Shown one piece after another: positions 39,531 through 43,393 of a stretch of DNA of 43,393 nucleotides; position 1 is the stretch's first letter, and the number at the start of each line of letters is the position of its first letter. The position numbers and the translations under genes were made by a program. The notes beneath the pieces are model-generated. The model saw nothing but the letters and a program-made list of their open reading frames with translations. It was not told the DNA's origin and ran no database searches. This stretch comes from Chthonomonadaceae bacterium. GTDB lineage: Bacteria > Armatimonadota > Chthonomonadetes > Chthonomonadales > Chthonomonadaceae. The stretch is from the NCBI GenBank assembly GCA_035650735.1, contig DASRGZ010000176.1:1-43393 (forward strand), read 5' to 3'.

Positions 39531-39647
39531 GTCTACTCTCCTTTCGATGCGGAAGGGAACGGGTACCAAAGCGCGCCGAGAACGCCCGGCAGAGTTAACG
39601 GATCAATTGAGAGTCTATCCTGGCGGGCAGGCTTGCGAGAAAGCAGC

Positions 39648-40205
39648 CTAGTCCTGCGGGGAGACGCTCTTAAGGCAATGGCCCCGCGCCCGGATTTGGG
39701 GACTGCTCGTGGTGCCGGTTGGGTCGAAATAAGAGGGTTGCAGAGAGGGAGTCGGGTCCTGCAGCGCGATGACCGGCTGCAAGGCCGAAACGTTCTCCCG
39801 AGAGAGGCTGCGGCGCGGTTGCGTCGGCGTATGATCGCAGCTGCGCAGGTAGGCCGTCCAGACCATATAGACGGTGATGGCTCCTACGGCAAGGATGATC
39901 AGCAAGCGAATGAGAGGCCAGTGCTGCTGGAAGAGGGTGCCCGCAGCGCCTGCACCCTGCCCGACGCGCGTTGGGGCCGGAGGCGCAACGGGACCTCGGT
40001 CGGCCCGGATCGCTTCGACGAGCCGTGCCCGCGCCTGCGCCTGGCCGTTGGGCAGATAGCCATCGCTGCTGAGCGCATCGTGGAGGGCATCGGCGACAGG
40101 CAGGAGCGTATCCAGCGGCGCCGGTCGGGCCGGTCCGCCTGCCTGCTTGATATCCTCGATGTGATTCCAGAGCCCTTCGCCCTGTTCGTCCTCGTGTGGT
40201 AACAT
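39648..40205 (-). CDS. Single-pass membrane protein, putative anti-sigma factor
   Basis: One TM segment (LIRLLIILAVGAITVYMVW); directly downstream of the ECF sigma gene. Confidence 0.55.
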   Translation of the reverse strand: MLPHEDEQGEGLWNHIEDIKQAGGPARPAPLDTLLPVADALHDALSSDGYLPNGQAQARARLVEAIRADRGPVAPPAPTRVGQGAGAAGTLFQQHWPLIRLLIILAVGAITVYMVWTAYLRSCDHTPTQPRRSLSRENVSALQPVIALQDPTPSLQPSYFDPTGTTSSPQIRARGHCLKSVSPQD

Positions 40206-40209
40206 CTTC

Positions 40210-40812
40210 CTACTTCCACCCTGCCTCTGTCGCGTCGAAATAACCCTGTTGGAGAAGGACGACCTTCAATTTTTGCATGGCCCGGTACAGGTGCGAGGTA
40301 ACCGCGCTGACCGAGGGCTTGTCCAGGATCTGGGCTATGTCGCGCCGAGACAGGTCCCGCTCAAAGGCGAGCAGGATAATCTCCTGGTCATCTGCCGGGA
40401 GCTGCTGGAGAGCCTGCCGGACCACCGCGCGCTTTTCGGCGTGAAGCACGCGGGCCAGCGGCAGGGCCGCGGTATCGGCCTGAGGCTCCGCTTCGGCCAG
40501 GTTCTCATGCTGGGCCGGATCCCAGGGCACGACGGGCGAGGATCGCGCGCGCTGCCGCTCGGTCAGAATCAGCCGCCGACAGACCAGAAACAAATACCCG
40601 ACATAGGATATTTCGCCGATTCGAAACGAGTCCACATGACGATAGGCGCGCAGAAAGGTTTCGGAGGCGATGTCACGGGCCGCCTCCGCGTTATGCAATT
40701 GGCGCTGAGCGTAACCCTCTATACGAGGATAGTAGCGGTCAAAAAGTTCCAGGAACTCTGTCCGCTCGCCCTGCTGCACGCGCCGGAGAATTTCGTCATC
40801 CGATAAATCCAT
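40210..40812 (-). CDS. ECF sigma-70 family RNA polymerase sigma factor
   Basis: SDDEILRR..G, F.ELFDRY, ARDIASETFLRAY (region 2); LQQLP..DQEIILL, DIAQIL..VTSHLYRAMQKL (region 4). Confidence 0.88.
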   Translation of the reverse strand: MDLSDDEILRRVQQGERTEFLELFDRYYPRIEGYAQRQLHNAEAARDIASETFLRAYRHVDSFRIGEISYVGYLFLVCRRLILTERQRARSSPVVPWDPAQHENLAEAEPQADTAALPLARVLHAEKRAVVRQALQQLPADDQEIILLAFERDLSRRDIAQILDKPSVSAVTSHLYRAMQKLKVVLLQQGYFDATEAGWK

Positions 40813-41207
40813 ACTGCCCTGTTTATAGGAAGGGAGGGCAGGGGCGGCACGCCCGCACCCTTCTACCGGTAGCATGAAGAACCCCCCTGCTCCTGCTGTC
40901 CTGCTGCTCCATGAAGCCGCGAGGGCATTCCGGTTGCTTCCGACGGTCCCGGAAAAGACCGAGCACCTTGTGATTCGTCTGGAAGGCGCCATGCCTCCTG
41001 CCATCCACAAGAAAATTATGTCGCATTATGCGCTCTCAATGATAAATACTCGCCCCCTGGCGCTTTGTCACGCAATTTGGAAGAAATGGCCAGAGCCAAG
41101 TACAGATGAGCCTCCCTGGAATGAGAGGAGTAGGGGCTCGCTCTGTGTTTCTCTCGCCCGCTAGCTTGACAGGAACCGGCAACGCAAGGATACACTTTTC
41201 GCTCTCC

Positions 41208-41236
41208 TTGACAAATGAGTTACCTGAGGGTATACT
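41208..41236 (+). promoter_or_regulatory. sigma70 promoter upstream of rpmB
   Basis: TTGACA-17-TATACT. A second TTGACA(41166)-19-TACACT lies just upstream. Confidence 0.75.
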
Positions 41237-41382
41237 ACGCCGTCCGTCGCGTTCGGAGTTGCGCGGGCCGTCGCTGCCGACGGCACCGATGGACACCCAG
41301 GACGGAGAAGAACAAGTCGAGTATTCCGAAAGCCGGCGCGCGTCCGGTCCTTTCGACAAGCGTGATAACAGGAGACGCAATT

Positions 41383-41658
41383 ATGTCCCGAGTTTGCCAG
41401 GTGTCGGGCAAGGGCCCGCAGAAGGGCAATCGCATACGCCATCCGCATAGCGGCGCGTGGAAGTATCGCGCCCCCAAGAAAAAGCACGCCTTCCTGCCGA
41501 ATCTGCAGACGGTCACCATCGCCACGCCGGAAGGCAAGGTGCGCCTGAAAGTCTGTACCAGCGTGATGACCAGCGCCAATTTCCAGGATTACCTGACCGG
41601 CATCAAGCCCCTGCCCAAAGAATGGACCAAGAAGTCGCGCCAGCATCTCAAAAAGTGA
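41383..41658 (+). CDS. rpmB: 50S ribosomal protein L28
   Basis: MSRVCQVSGK.P..GN, FLPNLQ, RLKVCTS; AGGAG SD. Confidence 0.9.
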   Translation: MSRVCQVSGKGPQKGNRIRHPHSGAWKYRAPKKKHAFLPNLQTVTIATPEGKVRLKVCTSVMTSANFQDYLTGIKPLPKEWTKKSRQHLKK

Positions 41659-41951
41659 GGTGCATTTGGCGTTAACGTCACAGCCAAGCTGCAGTGAGGT
41701 GCGCTTTCCCTAACGGAAGGGCGCACCTCGTTTCCTATCCCATCCAGGTTGCTCCCTTGCCTCCTCAAGAGAACCCGAAGCGGCACAAAAGCCGGTTTCC
41801 AGGGCCGTTCTCTCCCAAACGCACGGCGAGGCAGCCACCTGGGTTATCTGCCCATCCAACCGCGCTCCAGCCAACCTGTCGCTGTAGAGACCGCCACGGC
41901 CCCCTGCGCGTGGACTTCTTTTCCCCATAATTCACAAATAAAGAGTGTCCA

Positions 41952-42917
41952 ATGAGCGAAAGAGAAGACGAGACTTGCCCTCAAATGCCGGAGGGACAGC
42001 AGCCTGCGCCGCCACTTTCGGCTGCGCTGGATTTCGACCTTAGTCCGGTGCCTGACGGCGCCAGTACCCTGACGGCGCCGCCTCCGCAAGCCCCTGCCGA
42101 GAGCGCTGCCACAGCCAATTCTACTCGGCGCAAGGGCGTGCTGGGTGCCCTGGGCGGGATCGGCGTGGTGCTTGCCAAGTTCTGGTCGGTGATCCTGAGC
42201 GTGCTAATGAAATGGAAGGTGCTGCTGGTCGGCCTCAAATTCCTGTCCCTGGGCAAGCTGCTGCTGGCCGGCAGCACTATGCTGATCTCCATGTTCTTCT
42301 ACTCGTTCCGGTTTGGCTGGCCGTTTGCCATTGGGCTGGTGCTGCTGATTCTCATTCACGAGTCCGGCCATGCCCTGGCCGCCCGCGCGCTCGGTCATCC
42401 GGTCGGCAAGATGGTTTTTGTGCCTGGCATGGGCGCCTTTGTCACGACCGGAGGCGCGCGCAACGCCGTCGAGGATGCGTTCATCGGCATTATGGGGCCG
42501 GTGGCCGGAACGCTCGGTGGGCTGGTCTGTTACGGCCTCTACGTGCTCACCGGGCATCCCCTCTGGCTGGTGCTGGCCTGGTTTGATTTCTGGATCAACC
42601 TGCTCAACTTGACGCCCGCGCCCCCGCTTGACGGCGGCTGGCTGGCCCCGATCTTCTCGCCCAAATTGCTGCTGCCGGGGATCGCGCTGCTGTTCTTCAC
42701 GTTCCGGCACAATCCGATGGTCTGGGTACTGGCCGTGCTGAGCCTGCCGCGCATTCTCTTTGCCTGGAAGCATGGCAGCCAGAGCCCCTACTACCAGACG
42801 AGGCCGCGCGACCGATGGATCTATGGCCTGGCCTGGGCGGGCCTGGCGGCCTTTCTGGCGCTGGCAAATACGTTAACGCATTATCAGATGCTCAGCTTCG
42901 TCCATCGCGGACTCTAA
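41952..42917 (+). CDS. Site-2 protease (peptidase M50)
   Basis: IHESGH zinc motif, MGP, NLLNLTPAPPLDGG, multiple TMs. Confidence 0.9.
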   Translation: MSEREDETCPQMPEGQQPAPPLSAALDFDLSPVPDGASTLTAPPPQAPAESAATANSTRRKGVLGALGGIGVVLAKFWSVILSVLMKWKVLLVGLKFLSLGKLLLAGSTMLISMFFYSFRFGWPFAIGLVLLILIHESGHALAARALGHPVGKMVFVPGMGAFVTTGGARNAVEDAFIGIMGPVAGTLGGLVCYGLYVLTGHPLWLVLAWFDFWINLLNLTPAPPLDGGWLAPIFSPKLLLPGIALLFFTFRHNPMVWVLAVLSLPRILFAWKHGSQSPYYQTRPRDRWIYGLAWAGLAAFLALANTLTHYQMLSFVHRGL

Positions 42918-42934
42918 GACTCCCACCCCAAGAA

Positions 42935-43175
42935 GCCCTCACCTCCAGCCCCTCTCCTGATTCACCTAACCCCCGTCCTGTGGCCCTCACCCCCTATCTC
43001 CCTCTCCCGGCGCTGCGGGAGGGGAGAGGTCCTCACTCTCAGGTTCTTGCGTTTTGCCTTATCTCCCCTCATCCCCGTCCCTTCTCCCTGCAAGGCAGAA
43101 GGGGGAAGAGAAGCCGGGCCCCCCCTTCCCTGCCGCATCAGCGGCGAATCAGGGAAGGGGGCCGGGGGGTTAGGT
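42935..43175. repeat. Composite REP-like repeat array
   Basis: CCCTCACC/ACCTAACCCCC modules; ends GGGGCCGGGGGGTTAGGT; shares TTATCTCCCCTCATCCCCGTC (inverted) with the 13470 array. Confidence 0.88.
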
Positions 43176-43310
43176 CAACCGAGAAAGGCATTTCAGGAAC
43201 ATTCCTTCTCCTGATCCCGACTGAAGAATAACGAGCATTTATACTTGCGCCGCTAGAGCGTGGGATGCACTTGGGTCCTCTTGAGGAGATAGGCCAGCCG
43301 CTCATTAGAG

Positions 43311-43342
43311 GCTTGGTGCTCGCTTTCTAGCGAGCACCAAGC
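43311..43342. other. Perfect 14-bp stem-loop
   Basis: GCTTGGTGCTCGCT-TTCT-AGCGAGCACCAAGC. Confidence 0.6.
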
Positions 43343-43393
43343 GGTCATCAGCCTCCAAGTCCTCTCTCGAAGCAGGCAAAAAAGGGCATAACA

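Overview
GC-rich bacterial chromosome segment; the gene set and order suggest a diderm Terrabacteria lineage such as Armatimonadota (inference, not tested). 1-20.2 kb is a large lipid A/Kdo/inner-core LPS cluster: lpxD-lpxC-fabZ-lpxA-lpxB-msbA-DUF374(LpxJ-like)-waaA-lpxK-lpxL-like-GT9-GNAT-kdoO-GT9-GT9-kdsA-gmd-rmd-like. It is followed by ltaE, a GAF-GAF/HisKA_2 kinase with an ANTAR response regulator, a presenilin/SPP-like membrane protein, two CNNM/HlyC-CorC paralogues, dgkA-PAP2, ybeY, a PgpH-like HD protein, sua5, a broken antitoxin-like gene, an Lnt-like nitrilase, a PD-(D/E)xK nuclease-like/class III cyclase fusion, a TIGR03118-like PEP-CTERM protein, an ECF sigma/anti-sigma pair, rpmB and an M50 protease. 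The most unusual signal is non-coding. About 14 copies of a 45-50 nt hairpin unit keep their base pairing through compensatory changes and are nested inside each other (up to three deep), inside REP-like C/G-rich palindromes and inside a 238-bp MITE with 49-bp perfect TIRs. One 441-bp composite of these repeats sits in frame inside waaA. No transposase gene is present in the window.
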